64,000 bases of DNA from Alphaproteobacteria bacterium. GTDB lineage: Bacteria > Pseudomonadota > Alphaproteobacteria > CALKHQ01. Both the position numbers and the translations under genes were made by a program. Shown piece by piece: positions 38,905 through 48,919 of this stretch (position 1 is its first letter; each line of letters opens with the position of its first letter). The notes below the pieces were generated by a model that had not been told where the DNA came from, did not search any database, and saw only the letters and a list, made by a program, of their open reading frames with translations. The DNA is taken from assembly GCA_965227515.1 (NCBI GenBank), contig CBDDFZ010000002.1:1184001-1248000 (forward strand), in the 5' to 3' direction.

Positions 38905-40335
38905 ATGGGACGACCGGTGCGACAAGCCCTGCGGCGGGTGCTGGCCATGCTGGTGCTGGTGTCGGCGCCTTGGTCGGGAGCGTTCGCGTTGGACCTGGCG
39001 GAGGCCCGGCACCTGGTCGCGCGCACCGGCTTCGGCGCCACCGTGGCCGAGGTCGAGCGCCTGCTGCCGCTGAGCCGCGAGGCCGCGATCGACCTGCTGT
39101 TGTCCGAGGCTGCCCTGGAGCCTTCGACGCCGCTGCCGGCCTGGGCCGATGACAACCCGATGCTGGTCCGCCGGCTGGACGATCCCGGCGAACGGGCGGC
39201 GCTGGTGGCGCGCGAAGGGCCGTTGCTGAAAGCGTGGTGGGTCGGCGAGATGCTGAACACGCCGTCGCCGCTGACCGAGCGGATGACGCTGCTCTGGCAC
39301 GGCCATTTCACCAGCGGGCTCGCCAAGGTGGAATCGGTGCAGTTGATGCTGCGCCAGAACCTGATGCTGCGCCGCCATGCGCTGGGCAGTTTCCGCGCGC
39401 TGCTGGGCGACGTGCTGCACGACCCGGCGATGCTGATCTACCTCGACAACGACACCAACGTCCGGGGCAACCCGAACGAGAACCTGGCCCGCGAGCTGAT
39501 GGAGCTGTTCACGCTGGGCATCGGCAATTACAGCGAGGCCGACGTGCGCGAGGCGGCGCGGGCGCTGACCGGGCTGACGGTCCAGCAGGCCACCGGCGAC
39601 GTGCTGTTCGTTGCGGCGCGCCATGACGAGGGCGACAAGACGGTACTCGGCCGCACCGGGCCATGGAGCGCGGACGATCTGGTCGACATTCTGCTCGCCA
39701 CGCCGCGCACGGCGGAATTTGTCGTCGGCAAGCTGTGGGCCGCATTCGTCGTGGCGGAACTGCCGGACGAGGTCCGCGACGACCTCGCCGAACTGCTCCG
39801 GCAACGGGACTATGAGATCGCGCCGGTGGTCCGGGTGATCCTGTTGAGCGATGCGTTCTGGGCCGCTGACGAGCGCGGCGCGATGATCACGCCGCCACCG
39901 GCCTTTGCCATCGGCACGCTCAGGCTGATCGGCGGCGGCGACATGGTGCCGCCGGTCACCGTCGCGCGGTTGTCGGCCAATCTGGGCCAGGACCTGTTCG
40001 ACCCGCCCGATGTCGCCGGCTGGCCCGATGGCGAGGCGTGGATCACGCCGTCGACCCTGTCCGCGCGCTACCGCGCCCTGGAGCGGCTGATCGCCGGGCC
40101 GCCGGATGCCGGGGAGGGGGACGACACGCCGAGCGGGCGGCGGTCGGGCGCGCTGGTGCGCTGGCTTGCCGAGCTGCCGTTCGCCTGGCGCGATCAGCAG
40201 CGGCTGCGCCAGGTGGTGCTGCCGGCCTTGGCGCCGGAGGATGGAGAAGCGCCGGTCGGCCTGACGCCGGACCCGCAGGTGCTGGCCGGCGCCGTGCGCG
40301 ACTGGCTGCTCGACCCCACCTATCATTTGCGCTGA
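38905..40335 (+). CDS. DUF1800 family protein
   Basis: HLVARTGFG, LTERMTLLWHGHF, YLDN, PNENLARELMELFTLG, PPDVAGW. Confidence 0.93.
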   Translation: MGRPVRQALRRVLAMLVLVSAPWSGAFALDLAEARHLVARTGFGATVAEVERLLPLSREAAIDLLLSEAALEPSTPLPAWADDNPMLVRRLDDPGERAALVAREGPLLKAWWVGEMLNTPSPLTERMTLLWHGHFTSGLAKVESVQLMLRQNLMLRRHALGSFRALLGDVLHDPAMLIYLDNDTNVRGNPNENLARELMELFTLGIGNYSEADVREAARALTGLTVQQATGDVLFVAARHDEGDKTVLGRTGPWSADDLVDILLATPRTAEFVVGKLWAAFVVAELPDEVRDDLAELLRQRDYEIAPVVRVILLSDAFWAADERGAMITPPPAFAIGTLRLIGGGDMVPPVTVARLSANLGQDLFDPPDVAGWPDGEAWITPSTLSARYRALERLIAGPPDAGEGDDTPSGRRSGALVRWLAELPFAWRDQQRLRQVVLPALAPEDGEAPVGLTPDPQVLAGAVRDWLLDPTYHLR

Positions 40336-40338
40336 GCC

Positions 40339-41526
40339 ATGGACCTGCGGAGCACATTCTCACGGTCCATCAGCCGCCGCTTGTTCCTGGCGGGTGCGGC
40401 GGGGGTTGCGACGTTAGGAGCGTGGCGCGGTTCGGCCCGTGCCTCCGCACCGGCGCGCACGCTGGTGCTGGTAAAGCTCGCCGGCGGCAACGACAGCCTG
40501 AACATGGTGGCGCCGGCCGCCGATCCGGACTACCGCCGGCTGCGCCCGACCATCGGGCTCGGCGCCGACGAGGTGCTGCCGCTGGCCGATGGACTTGGCC
40601 TCAACCCGGCGATGGCATCGCTGATGGCGTCGTGGGCGGATGGCGAGATGGCGGTGGTCGGCGGGCTCGGCCTGCCGGCGGCCGAGCGCTCCCACTTCAG
40701 CGCGATGGACATCTGGGAGACCGGGCGCGAGCAGCCGGGCGCCGATGCGCCGGGCTGGCTGACCGAAGCACTGCTGGCAAGCCCGCGCGCCGATGCCGAT
40801 CCGCACGGTCTCATCATCGGTTCCGATCCCGGCGTGGCTCTGGCCGGCCGAGGCACCAGCGTATTGCACCTGCGCCCGCCGCTGCGATCTGCGGCGCCAA
40901 GCGCGTCCCTAGACGCACCGGTGCTGGCCACCGCCAACCCGGCGCTCGCCCACATCCTGAACACCCATGCCCAGCTCCAGTCCGCCCATGCCGCGCTGGA
41001 CACCGCTATCGCGCGCCTGCCGGACCTGGAGGACTTGTTCCCGCGTACCGATTTCGGCCGGCGGATGGCGGCGGCCGCCGGCCTGATCGCTGCCGGGCTC
41101 GAGGTTCCGGTGATGATCGTGCCGCTGGCCGGTTTCGACACCCACGCCGGCCAGCGCGCGGTGCACGACCGGCTTCTCACCGATCTTGCCGAGGGCATTG
41201 CCGCTTTCCGTGCCGCGCTGGTGGCGGCCGACAGATGGCCGTCGGTGTTGCTGGCGACCTACTCCGAGTTCGGCCGGCGCGCGGCGGAAAACGGCAGCGG
41301 CGGCACCGACCATGGTGCCGCGGCAAGCCACATCGTGATCGGCGCGGACGTTGTTGGCGGCCTGCATGGCGACCGGCCGCGCCTCGACCGGCTGGTCGAC
41401 GGCGATCTGGCGCCGGCCATCGACTTCCGCCGCTATTGGCGGACGTTGGCCGACTATTGTTTCGCCGCGCAATTAAACGCGGACGGTCTCGGCAATCATG
41501 CGTCTTTGGATATTATTAACCATTAG
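40339..41526 (+). CDS. DUF1501 family Tat-exported protein
   Basis: SRRLFL, GGNDSLN, RSHF, GFDTH, SEFGRR, GTDHG. Confidence 0.93.
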   Translation: MDLRSTFSRSISRRLFLAGAAGVATLGAWRGSARASAPARTLVLVKLAGGNDSLNMVAPAADPDYRRLRPTIGLGADEVLPLADGLGLNPAMASLMASWADGEMAVVGGLGLPAAERSHFSAMDIWETGREQPGADAPGWLTEALLASPRADADPHGLIIGSDPGVALAGRGTSVLHLRPPLRSAAPSASLDAPVLATANPALAHILNTHAQLQSAHAALDTAIARLPDLEDLFPRTDFGRRMAAAAGLIAAGLEVPVMIVPLAGFDTHAGQRAVHDRLLTDLAEGIAAFRAALVAADRWPSVLLATYSEFGRRAAENGSGGTDHGAAASHIVIGADVVGGLHGDRPRLDRLVDGDLAPAIDFRRYWRTLADYCFAAQLNADGLGNHASLDIINH

Positions 41527-41620
41527 GAATTCGTTCATAAAGATATCTAAAAACTGAAATGATGTTGCTGGCAGATCTTTCTTGGTCTTGGTAGAGTCGC
41601 CACGGTAATTGGCAAGGAGA

Positions 41621-41902
41621 ATGTCCGTGGCTGATATTGCCATCAGCGGTAATTCCGGCCTGCAACGCCTGCAGGATCCGGTATCGGCACCGCGCAACGA
41701 CAACCAGGGGGCGCAGGCCACCCCGGCGCAGACGCCGCAGCAGGATGCCGCGTCCGATGCCAACCAGGTTGGCGAGCCCCAACCGTTGCAGGCCGCACCG
41801 GCCGGCAACCAGGCGCCACAGCAGCAGCCCGAGCCGGCGAACGACGCACCGCCGCCATCCGGCGACGGCGACCGCGGCCAGTATCTCGATATCTCGGCGT
41901 AG
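41621..41902 (+). CDS. Small disordered protein with C-terminal RGQYLDISA
   Basis: AAGGAG SD, Q/P/A-rich, G..LD..A terminus; AT-rich upstream region with TTAACCAT. Confidence 0.7.
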   Translation: MSVADIAISGNSGLQRLQDPVSAPRNDNQGAQATPAQTPQQDAASDANQVGEPQPLQAAPAGNQAPQQQPEPANDAPPPSGDGDRGQYLDISA

Positions 41903-41914
41903 GTTGCGCCGGTG

Positions 41915-42796
41915 TCAGGCGGCCGCTTCGGTGGGCGCCTGAACGTCGAACAACCAGCGCTGTGCTTCGCTCAGCCGGTCGTAGAGGGCCGGCGTGAGAA
42001 ACTCCTGCTGCGGCAGTTGCTGCTTCAGGTCGCGCCGGGTGTAGGTCAGGTGCAGCATGCGCCTGCGCGCATCGTCGTTCTTGCGCGTGCCGCCGTGCCA
42101 GCAGCTTGAATTGAACACCGCGACCGAGCCGGCGGGAATGGTGACCAGCACTTCGCCCGGATAGGGTGCGAACGGGTCCGCCGGATACTTGTCGAACGCC
42201 AGCAGGTCCGGATCGGTCACTTCCGATGGCATCACGTTCTCGCCCGGCACGTTGAGTTCCGGCCAGGCTTGCGAGCCGGGCACGATGCGCGTCGGCCCGT
42301 TGTCCAGAGTCATGTCATCGAACATGATCAGCGAGTTGACCAGCCACCAATCGCCCTTGAAGCGCTTCTGCACGTCCGAGTGCAGCGGCTGATGGCCGTG
42401 GCCGCGATGCGGCTCGCGCAAGTTGGCGCCGTGTAGCTTGATCTCGCCGAGCAGGTGGGTGGAGGCGGCCAGCAGCGGGCCGATCGACAGGCAGCGGTCG
42501 AAGGCCGGCGACTTGTTGAAGATGTTGGAGATGCGGGTTGAGCCGGTCTTCAGCCCGGCCTGCCGCCCCTCTTGCGGATTGTAGAGGCGGCCGTCCTCGC
42601 CCTCCAGGCTGACTTCCATGCCGGCGTCCTCGCCGTCCGCGGCGCGCAACCGGTCGAACTCGGCTGCCATCTCGCCGCATTCGTCGGCGGAAAACACGTC
42701 ATTCAGGATGAAGAACCCATCCGTGTCGAACCGTTGCCGCTGATCGTCGCTGAGCGGCGCGACCCCCAGCGCATCGAGGGCGCTCTTCGTGTCCAT
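41915..42796 (-). CDS. PhyH-family Fe/2OG dioxygenase
   Basis: [24 protein letters not shown]. Confidence 0.88.
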   Translation of the reverse strand: MDTKSALDALGVAPLSDDQRQRFDTDGFFILNDVFSADECGEMAAEFDRLRAADGEDAGMEVSLEGEDGRLYNPQEGRQAGLKTGSTRISNIFNKSPAFDRCLSIGPLLAASTHLLGEIKLHGANLREPHRGHGHQPLHSDVQKRFKGDWWLVNSLIMFDDMTLDNGPTRIVPGSQAWPELNVPGENVMPSEVTDPDLLAFDKYPADPFAPYPGEVLVTIPAGSVAVFNSSCWHGGTRKNDDARRRMLHLTYTRRDLKQQLPQQEFLTPALYDRLSEAQRWLFDVQAPTEAAA

Positions 42797-42992
42797 GGGG
42801 CTCCTCCCGTATCGTGTTGGTTGCCGCCAGTCGCACGGCGCCCGTTGGGCGGACTGTGCCGCCGCTTTCGGTATTCGGCGTAATGGATGGCCTGGGCGCA
42901 CGCAAGCCGGCTGTGGCCACCGGTCGCTGGTTGACTGTATGGGGCCCGCGCCGTACCGTCCGCGCCCTGATCCTGGGATTTCGCGGAAAACG

Positions 42993-44624
42993 ATGATGGG
43001 CAGCCACGACACGGACCGGCGCGCAGCTTGGCGCGCGGCCGCCGAGAACCTGAAAATCTGGCAGTTCGAGGAAGCCGGCAAGCTGGTCAAGCGCGTGGGT
43101 GGCGCGGGCGTGGAGCACACGCCGGCCAAGGGCCATGTGCTGTTCGAGACCGGCTACGGCCCGTCGGGCCTGCCGCACATCGGCACCTTCGGCGAGGTGG
43201 TGCTGACCACCATGGTCCGCCGCGCCTTCCAATTGTTGTCCGACATCCCGACCCGGCTGGTCTGCTTCTCCGACGACATGGACGGGCTCCGCAAGGTGCC
43301 CGACAACGTGCCGAACAAGGAGATGATGCAGCGCCACATCGGCATGCCGCTGACCAAGGTGCCGGACCCGTTCACCGACGAGTACCCCTCGTTCGCGCAC
43401 CACAACAACGCGCGGCTGCGGGCGTTCCTGGACGGCTTCGGCTTCGAGTACGAGTTCGTCAGCTCCACCGACTGCTATACCTCGGGTCGGTTCGACGACG
43501 CGTTGCTGAAGGTGCTGGCCTGCTACGACGAGATCATGGCGATCATGCTGCCGACCCTGCGCGAGGAGCGGCGCCAGACCTATAGCCCGTTCCTGCCGCT
43601 CTGCCCGCGCACCGGCCGCGTGCTGCAAGTGCCGATCGCCGAGACCAGGCCCGATGCCGGCACCGTCGTCTACCGCGACCCGGACACGCAAGAGATGGTC
43701 GAGGTGCCGGTGACCGGCGGGCACTGCAAGCTGCAGTGGAAGCCGGACTGGGGTATGCGCTGGGCCGCGCTCGAGGTCGACTACGAAATGTCGGGCAAGG
43801 ACCTGATCGACAGCGTGAAGGCGTCTCAGCGGATCGCGCGCGTGCTCGGCGCGCGGCCGCCGGAAGGGTTCAACTACGAGCTGTTCCTGGACGAGAAGGG
43901 TGAGAAGATCTCCAAGTCGCGCGGCAACGGCCTCGCGGTGGAGGAGTGGCTGCGCTACGCGCCGGTCGAGAGCCTGGCGCTGTTCATGAGCACCAAGCCG
44001 AAGACCGCCAAGCGGCTCTATTTCGATGTCATCCCGCGCGCGGTGGACGACTACCAGGCGGCCCTTGAGCGCTATCCGGAGGAAGACCCGGCGGCCCAGC
44101 TCAAGAACCCGGCCTGGCACATCCACGACGCCGACCCGCCGCACGAGCGCGTGCACCTGAACTTCAGCATGCTGCTGAACCTGGCCAGTGCCGCCAATGC
44201 GGCCGACAAGGCGGTGCTGTGGGGCTTCATCACGCGCTATGCGCCGGACGCGACGCCTGAGAACGAGCCATTGCTGGACCGGTTGGCGGGCTACGCCATC
44301 GCCTATTATCGCGACTTCGTCCTGCCCGAGAAGGCCTATCGCGCGCCGACCGCGACCGAACGGGCGGCCCTGGGTGATCTGCGCGCGGCGCTGGCCGGCA
44401 TGGAAGACGGCACCTCGGCCGAGGACTACCAGACCCAGGTCTACGAGATTGGCAAGGCGCACCCCTTCGAGAATTTGCGCGACTGGTTCCGCGCGATCTA
44501 CGAGGTGCTGCTGGGCCAGAGCCAGGGGCCGCGCTTCGGCTCGTTCATCGCGCTCTACGGCCGGTCGGAGACCATCGCCCTGATCGACCGCGCGCTCGCC
44601 GGCGAGGATCTGAGCGCCGCGTGA
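42993..44624 (+). CDS. lysS: Class I lysyl-tRNA synthetase
   Basis: [34 protein letters not shown]. Confidence 0.96.
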   Translation: MMGSHDTDRRAAWRAAAENLKIWQFEEAGKLVKRVGGAGVEHTPAKGHVLFETGYGPSGLPHIGTFGEVVLTTMVRRAFQLLSDIPTRLVCFSDDMDGLRKVPDNVPNKEMMQRHIGMPLTKVPDPFTDEYPSFAHHNNARLRAFLDGFGFEYEFVSSTDCYTSGRFDDALLKVLACYDEIMAIMLPTLREERRQTYSPFLPLCPRTGRVLQVPIAETRPDAGTVVYRDPDTQEMVEVPVTGGHCKLQWKPDWGMRWAALEVDYEMSGKDLIDSVKASQRIARVLGARPPEGFNYELFLDEKGEKISKSRGNGLAVEEWLRYAPVESLALFMSTKPKTAKRLYFDVIPRAVDDYQAALERYPEEDPAAQLKNPAWHIHDADPPHERVHLNFSMLLNLASAANAADKAVLWGFITRYAPDATPENEPLLDRLAGYAIAYYRDFVLPEKAYRAPTATERAALGDLRAALAGMEDGTSAEDYQTQVYEIGKAHPFENLRDWFRAIYEVLLGQSQGPRFGSFIALYGRSETIALIDRALAGEDLSAA

Positions 44625-45223
44625 CCGGCGCGTCCGAGGTGCGCCTCACGCCGGTGGGGCCACGGGATGTAGACCTGCTCCACAAGCTTCATCCCGGCCC
44701 GGGTGCCGAGCAGTTTGTCGACTATTCCTGGTACTGGCATGGCGTCGCGGCGCGCCGTGCGGCTATCGCCGATCGCCTGATCATGTTTGGTGGCGAGGCG
44801 GTCGGGCATGCCGCGTTCGGCGCGCATTACTCGGATCGGGCTCTGACGGTGGCGATGCCGGGCGAGGCCGAAATCTATCACCTGGTCATCGATGTGGCGC
44901 ATCAGGGCCGGGGGATCGCCGGGCGGGTTATTCCCATGCTTTGCAAGGAGTTGGTGCGGTCGCCGGACACCGAGACGGTGGTCGTTGCCGTCAACCCCGA
45001 CAACCGTGCGGCGCGACGGCTCTATGAGCGGCTGGGGTTCGAACCTGCCGGCCGCAGCAACTACGACGACGATCCGATGCTGCGGACGGCCGCTGGAGCC
45101 AGCTCCGATCCACCGCCGCTTCGCCCGCTGGGCGCCGCGGCCGCGGTCGACCGCGACGCCTGGGCCGCCGGGAGCAGGCGGGCCGAACGGGCCTTCGACT
45201 GGGATGAATGGGAAGCGGTTTAG
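44621..45223 (+). CDS. GNAT acetyltransferase
   Basis: HQGRGIA motif [13 protein letters not shown]; GTGA overlap with lysS. Confidence 0.85.
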   Translation: MTGASEVRLTPVGPRDVDLLHKLHPGPGAEQFVDYSWYWHGVAARRAAIADRLIMFGGEAVGHAAFGAHYSDRALTVAMPGEAEIYHLVIDVAHQGRGIAGRVIPMLCKELVRSPDTETVVVAVNPDNRAARRLYERLGFEPAGRSNYDDDPMLRTAAGASSDPPPLRPLGAAAAVDRDAWAAGSRRAERAFDWDEWEAV

Positions 45224-45405
45224 CCGCCGCCAGGCAGGCTCTGGTCGATGGCGGTGGAGAACTCGACCGCGTTGTGCTCGTGCAGTTCGCCGGTCTCCTG
45301 TCCCAGGTAGGTGACGGCGCCGACAATGCTGAGTGCCACCAGCGCGACGATCAAACTGTATTCGATCATTGCGACGCCGTCCGTCTGTCGCAAGAACTTC
45401 TTCAT
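45220..45405 (-). CDS. flp: Flp/type IVb pilin
   Basis: KKFLRQTDG|VAMIEYSLI prepilin motif, GGAGGG SD. Confidence 0.9.
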   Translation of the reverse strand: MKKFLRQTDGVAMIEYSLIVALVALSIVGAVTYLGQETGELHEHNAVEFSTAIDQSLPGGG

Positions 45406-45458
45406 GGCGTCGCCCTCCGCGATGTTGAGGCTTCAACATAGTAAAAAATGTGTTCAGG

Positions 45459-45474
45459 GTTAAGTAATGGTTTA
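45459..45474 (-). promoter_or_regulatory. CtrA-like box upstream of flp
   Basis: Minus strand TAAA-CCATTAC-TTAAC (one mismatch to TTAA-N7-TTAAC) in an AT-rich region. Confidence 0.6.
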
Positions 45475-45679
45475 GATTATCTTTCCGAATTTTAATCAAC
45501 TGTTGCTCAAATTGTTTAATGAACCTTATGCGCGCTGCCGGTCAGTGCTGAGCGACTGTGGGGTGGCGGCGCAGCGTCAGGCGCCTTGCGTTGCCGGCTG
45601 ACTTCAACGACAAACTCGACCTGAGCGAAACAATAGAGCTTCGGCCCCGGCATGCCCGGGCCGGGAACGTGAGCATCCC

Positions 45680-46063
45680 GTGGACGACAACACCGCCTTC
45701 GAGGTCCGCTTCGTGGACCTCGTCTTTCCGCGCCAGACCAACCACTACGGCACCATGTTCGCCGGCGACCAGTTGTCGGCGCTGGCCAAGGTCGCGTTCG
45801 TGACCGCCAGCCGCTACACCCGCGCGCGCATGGTGCTGCGCCGCACCGAGCAGGTCGATTTCAAGGCCCCGGTGCCGCAGGGCCGGCTGGTAGAGTTGAT
45901 CGGCCGCGTCGTCGAGGAAAGCGACTATGGCGTGGTGGTCGATGCCGAACTGGTGGCCGAGGACCTGTTGTCCGGGGAGCGGACCCGGTGCGTCACCGGA
46001 CGGTTCGACATGACCGCCGTCGACGAAGCGGGCAAGGCCACCAAGCTTGCCGGACGCGGCTGA
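45680..46063 (+). CDS. Acyl-CoA thioesterase (hotdog fold)
   Basis: VFP..TNHYGTMFAG, VDFKAPV, AVDE.G. Confidence 0.88.
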   Translation: MDDNTAFEVRFVDLVFPRQTNHYGTMFAGDQLSALAKVAFVTASRYTRARMVLRRTEQVDFKAPVPQGRLVELIGRVVEESDYGVVVDAELVAEDLLSGERTRCVTGRFDMTAVDEAGKATKLAGRG

Positions 46064-46104
46064 GGGGTCCAGACTTCGTGTAAACATACGCGAGGGAGGT
46101 TCGG

Positions 46105-46539
46105 ATGCGCACTAGCCTTGCAGTTCTTGTCTCGTCGCTTGTGATCGGCCTGGCGGCAGCCGCCCCGGCCACGGCAGGCGACATTTGCGGGATCGTGGAG
46201 CCCGCCCGGCCCGGCGACCTGTCCCTGCATTTCCCGACCGGCTATCTGGGCGCCGACTGGTCGTGCCGCGCGGCGTGCGGCAAGGCGGACAGCGCACACA
46301 TCTGCACAGCGGAGGAATTGCGGGCGGCAGCGGAACTCGACGGCAACCTCAACCGGCTGCTGCGTGAGGCCGGCCCCTATTGGCACGCAACAACACGGCC
46401 GACAGGGTTCGCCGAGCAGACCGCCGACTGCCGCGGTTTCCGCGACGGCGGCGCCGATGTGCAGGGCGCGGTCTGGCTGCGCGGCGCGTCGGAACAGCGC
46501 GCCTGCAGCACCCTGGCGATGGTGGCCTGCTGTTTGTGA
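46105..46539 (+). CDS. Secreted Cys-rich protein (DUF1554/lectin-like pattern)
   Basis: GGAGG SD, signal peptide, GYLGADWSC...HIC...C...C...CCL. Confidence 0.7.
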   Translation: MRTSLAVLVSSLVIGLAAAAPATAGDICGIVEPARPGDLSLHFPTGYLGADWSCRAACGKADSAHICTAEELRAAAELDGNLNRLLREAGPYWHATTRPTGFAEQTADCRGFRDGGADVQGAVWLRGASEQRACSTLAMVACCL

Positions 46540-46552
46540 GCGGTGCCGCCGC

Positions 46553-47374
46553 CTACATCCCCGGGTTTTCGTCCGCCGTGCACAGGATGGTCTGATCGAA
46601 CTCGAACACCGAGCCGGTCATCAGCCCGCTTTCGTCCGACACCAGGAAGCACAGGGCGCGCGCCACCTCGTCGACCTCGATCAGGCGGCCGAACGGCTGC
46701 TCCTTCGATGCCAGTTCCAGCCAGTTCTCCGGCCGGCCATGGGTCTGGGTCTGGATCACGTGCTCCCACGGCGTGTTGGTCCAGCCGATGTTGAGCGTGT
46801 TCACCCGGATGCGGTCATGCTTCAGCGTGTTGGCCAGGTTGCGCGTCATGGTCGCCAGCGCGCCCTTCGAGGTGGCGTAGGGCGCCAGGAAGGGCGGTCC
46901 GCCATAGGCGACGATGGAGCCGATGTTGGCGATGGCGCCGGCGATCTTGTGGCGGCGCATCACCTCGGCCGCGCGCTGGGTCAGGAAGAACGGCGCCCGC
47001 ACGTTCACCGCCATGATTTCGTCCCACACCTCCGGCGTGGTGTTGAACAGATCGCCACGGATGCTGGTGCCGGCCACGTTTAAGAGCGCGTCGAGCCGGC
47101 CGAACTTCTCTTCTGTCTTGTCGATGAAGTTGAAGCAGTCCTCGACGCTGTCCAGGCTCACCGGCACGAAGATGCACGGGCAGCCGGCCTCGGTGATGCT
47201 GTCGGCCACCGCCTGACCGCGCGCCGCGTTGCGGCCGCACACCGCCACGCCGGCCGCGCCCCGCTGGGCGATCAGCCGCGCCGTCGCCTCGCCGGAGCCG
47301 CTGGTGCCGCCGGTCACCGCGGCCACCTTGCCGGCGAACTGGTTGTTGAAATTGTCGGTGCTGGCGTCGGGCAT
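46553..47374 (-). CDS. Short-chain dehydrogenase/reductase
   Basis: TGGTSGSG, NVAG, YATSK. Confidence 0.93.
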   Translation of the reverse strand: MPDASTDNFNNQFAGKVAAVTGGTSGSGEATARLIAQRGAAGVAVCGRNAARGQAVADSITEAGCPCIFVPVSLDSVEDCFNFIDKTEEKFGRLDALLNVAGTSIRGDLFNTTPEVWDEIMAVNVRAPFFLTQRAAEVMRRHKIAGAIANIGSIVAYGGPPFLAPYATSKGALATMTRNLANTLKHDRIRVNTLNIGWTNTPWEHVIQTQTHGRPENWLELASKEQPFGRLIEVDEVARALCFLVSDESGLMTGSVFEFDQTILCTADENPGM

Positions 47375-47459
47375 GTCGGGGCTCTTCGGTAGGGATTTTG
47401 CGGGCGCACATCATGCCCCAGGCGGGGGAGCGGTGCCACTGGGGAGTCAAACCCTCTAT

Positions 47460-47636
47460 CGTCGTCCTCGCCCATGTGGCGAGGACCCATTTGTGTCCAA
47501 TGATTCAGTTAGTTAACGCGGATCGCCCAGCGACGTGGCAGGCTCCGGGTCTCGATGGCCATCGAGAGCAGATTCCTTTGGCACTGGCTTGGACCGCCAC
47601 ACAAATGGGCCCTTGCGACAAGCGCAAGGGCGACGA
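47460..47636. repeat. ~177-bp REP-doublet/MITE-like element (family B, reverse orientation)
   Basis: GTCGTCCTCGCCCATGTGGCGAGGACCCATTT...AAATGGGCCCTTGCGACAAGCGCAAGGGCGACGA. Confidence 0.82.
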
Positions 47637-47686
47637 TCTAGTGGCTGGAAGCGACCCAGCACGCGCGAGACCGGCTCACCGACCAC

Positions 47687-48685
47687 TCACCCCGGGTACC
47701 AGACCTTGCGCGGGTCGTCGGGCGCGCGTTCGTAGGTCCAGGCCTCCTCGATCAGGCGCGGCAGGTCGTAGGCCGGGCGCCAGCCGAGACGGAACTTGGC
47801 CTTGCTGTTGTCGAGCCAGGTGGAATGGAACTCGGACGGGATCGGCACGGAAGCCAGCCCCCTGGTGCGCGCCAGGTAGGCGGCCATCTCGCCATAGTCC
47901 AACGGCTCGTCCATGCAGATGTGGAAGGTCTCGGCCCGCGCGCCGGGGTGGTTGAGGGCAATCAGGATGGCGCTCGCCAGGTCGTCGACATGGACGAAGT
48001 TGCGCTTCAGCGGCACGCCGTCGCTGTCCTGCAGGATCGGCACGGCTCCGTCCGCCGCATACGCCTTCGCCTGCTCCGGCGGCACCAGCTCGCAATAGCG
48101 CGGGCCGCCGAACACGTCCTCGCCGAAGGTGTGGGCGAACTTCAGGTCGTCCTTCTCCATGATCCACGGCGCGCGCAGGCAGCAACCGTCCAGGTCGTAC
48201 TGGATGCGGTACTGCTCCAGCAGCACCTCCTCCAGCACCTTGGAGAGCGCGTAGCAGCCGGGATAGGCCATGAAGGGCCCGTCCTCGGTGACCGGGTTCG
48301 GGCGTGGATAGACGAAATGGCCGATGCCGGCGTCGCCGCCGATCAGGACGAAGCGCTGGAAGACGGCGCTCTCGCGCGCCTCCTCCAACAGCCAGAACAG
48401 GCCCTTGACGGTCACGTCCATCACGTCGTCGGGGGTTTCCTTGCAGGTGGCCAGGTGGACGACATGGGTGACCCCGTCCATGGCGCGGCGGGCGGTGTCG
48501 CGCTCGGCGATCGAGCCCTTCACCACCTGCACACGCGGGCCTTCGTCCAGGGTGCGGTTGTGGCAGAGCGCGCGGACCGTCCCGTTCGGCACTTCCGACA
48601 GGTATCGCGCAATGAAATGCCGGCCGACCTTGCCGGTCGCCCCGGTGACCAGAACGATGTCGCCGTGCGCTGCACCTGATGCCAT
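47687..48685 (-). CDS. NAD-dependent epimerase/dehydratase family protein
   Basis: VTGATGKVG, VHLA, YALSK, RNFVHVDD. Confidence 0.92.
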   Translation of the reverse strand: MASGAAHGDIVLVTGATGKVGRHFIARYLSEVPNGTVRALCHNRTLDEGPRVQVVKGSIAERDTARRAMDGVTHVVHLATCKETPDDVMDVTVKGLFWLLEEARESAVFQRFVLIGGDAGIGHFVYPRPNPVTEDGPFMAYPGCYALSKVLEEVLLEQYRIQYDLDGCCLRAPWIMEKDDLKFAHTFGEDVFGGPRYCELVPPEQAKAYAADGAVPILQDSDGVPLKRNFVHVDDLASAILIALNHPGARAETFHICMDEPLDYGEMAAYLARTRGLASVPIPSEFHSTWLDNSKAKFRLGWRPAYDLPRLIEEAWTYERAPDDPRKVWYPG

Positions 48686-48820
48686 GGTCGTCCTCTCCCT
48701 CCATCTGCCGCGTGTGGCGGCATGTTTCCACTGTGGGCTTCGGGTGGCAATGGGCGGGTCGTCGCTGGCATCGTTCTGTTGCGGTGATGAACTGGGATAG
48801 AGTTCGTCTGCCGACGACAC

Positions 48821-48899
48821 GAAAACCTAATTTCTAGACTCCTAAAAACCTAATCTTTAGACTCTTAAGAACCTAAATTCCAGACGCTCAAGAACCTAA
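48821..48899 (+). repeat. AT-rich direct-repeat array, 23-bp period, about 3.5 units
   Basis: AACCTAA at 48824, 48847, 48870 and 48893; the three full units also share AGAC. Confidence 0.92.
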
Positions 48900-48919
48900 C
48901 GACGCTCGCACCACACATC

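Noticed and set aside
37576-40326. 916-aa minus-strand ORF
   Set aside because: Antisense to DUF1800 and off-frame over pip; Arg/Pro-rich, non-protein-like composition
48821-48899. Possible mini-CRISPR array
   Set aside because: Units are contiguous 23-mers with no unique spacers, and there are no cas genes in the window
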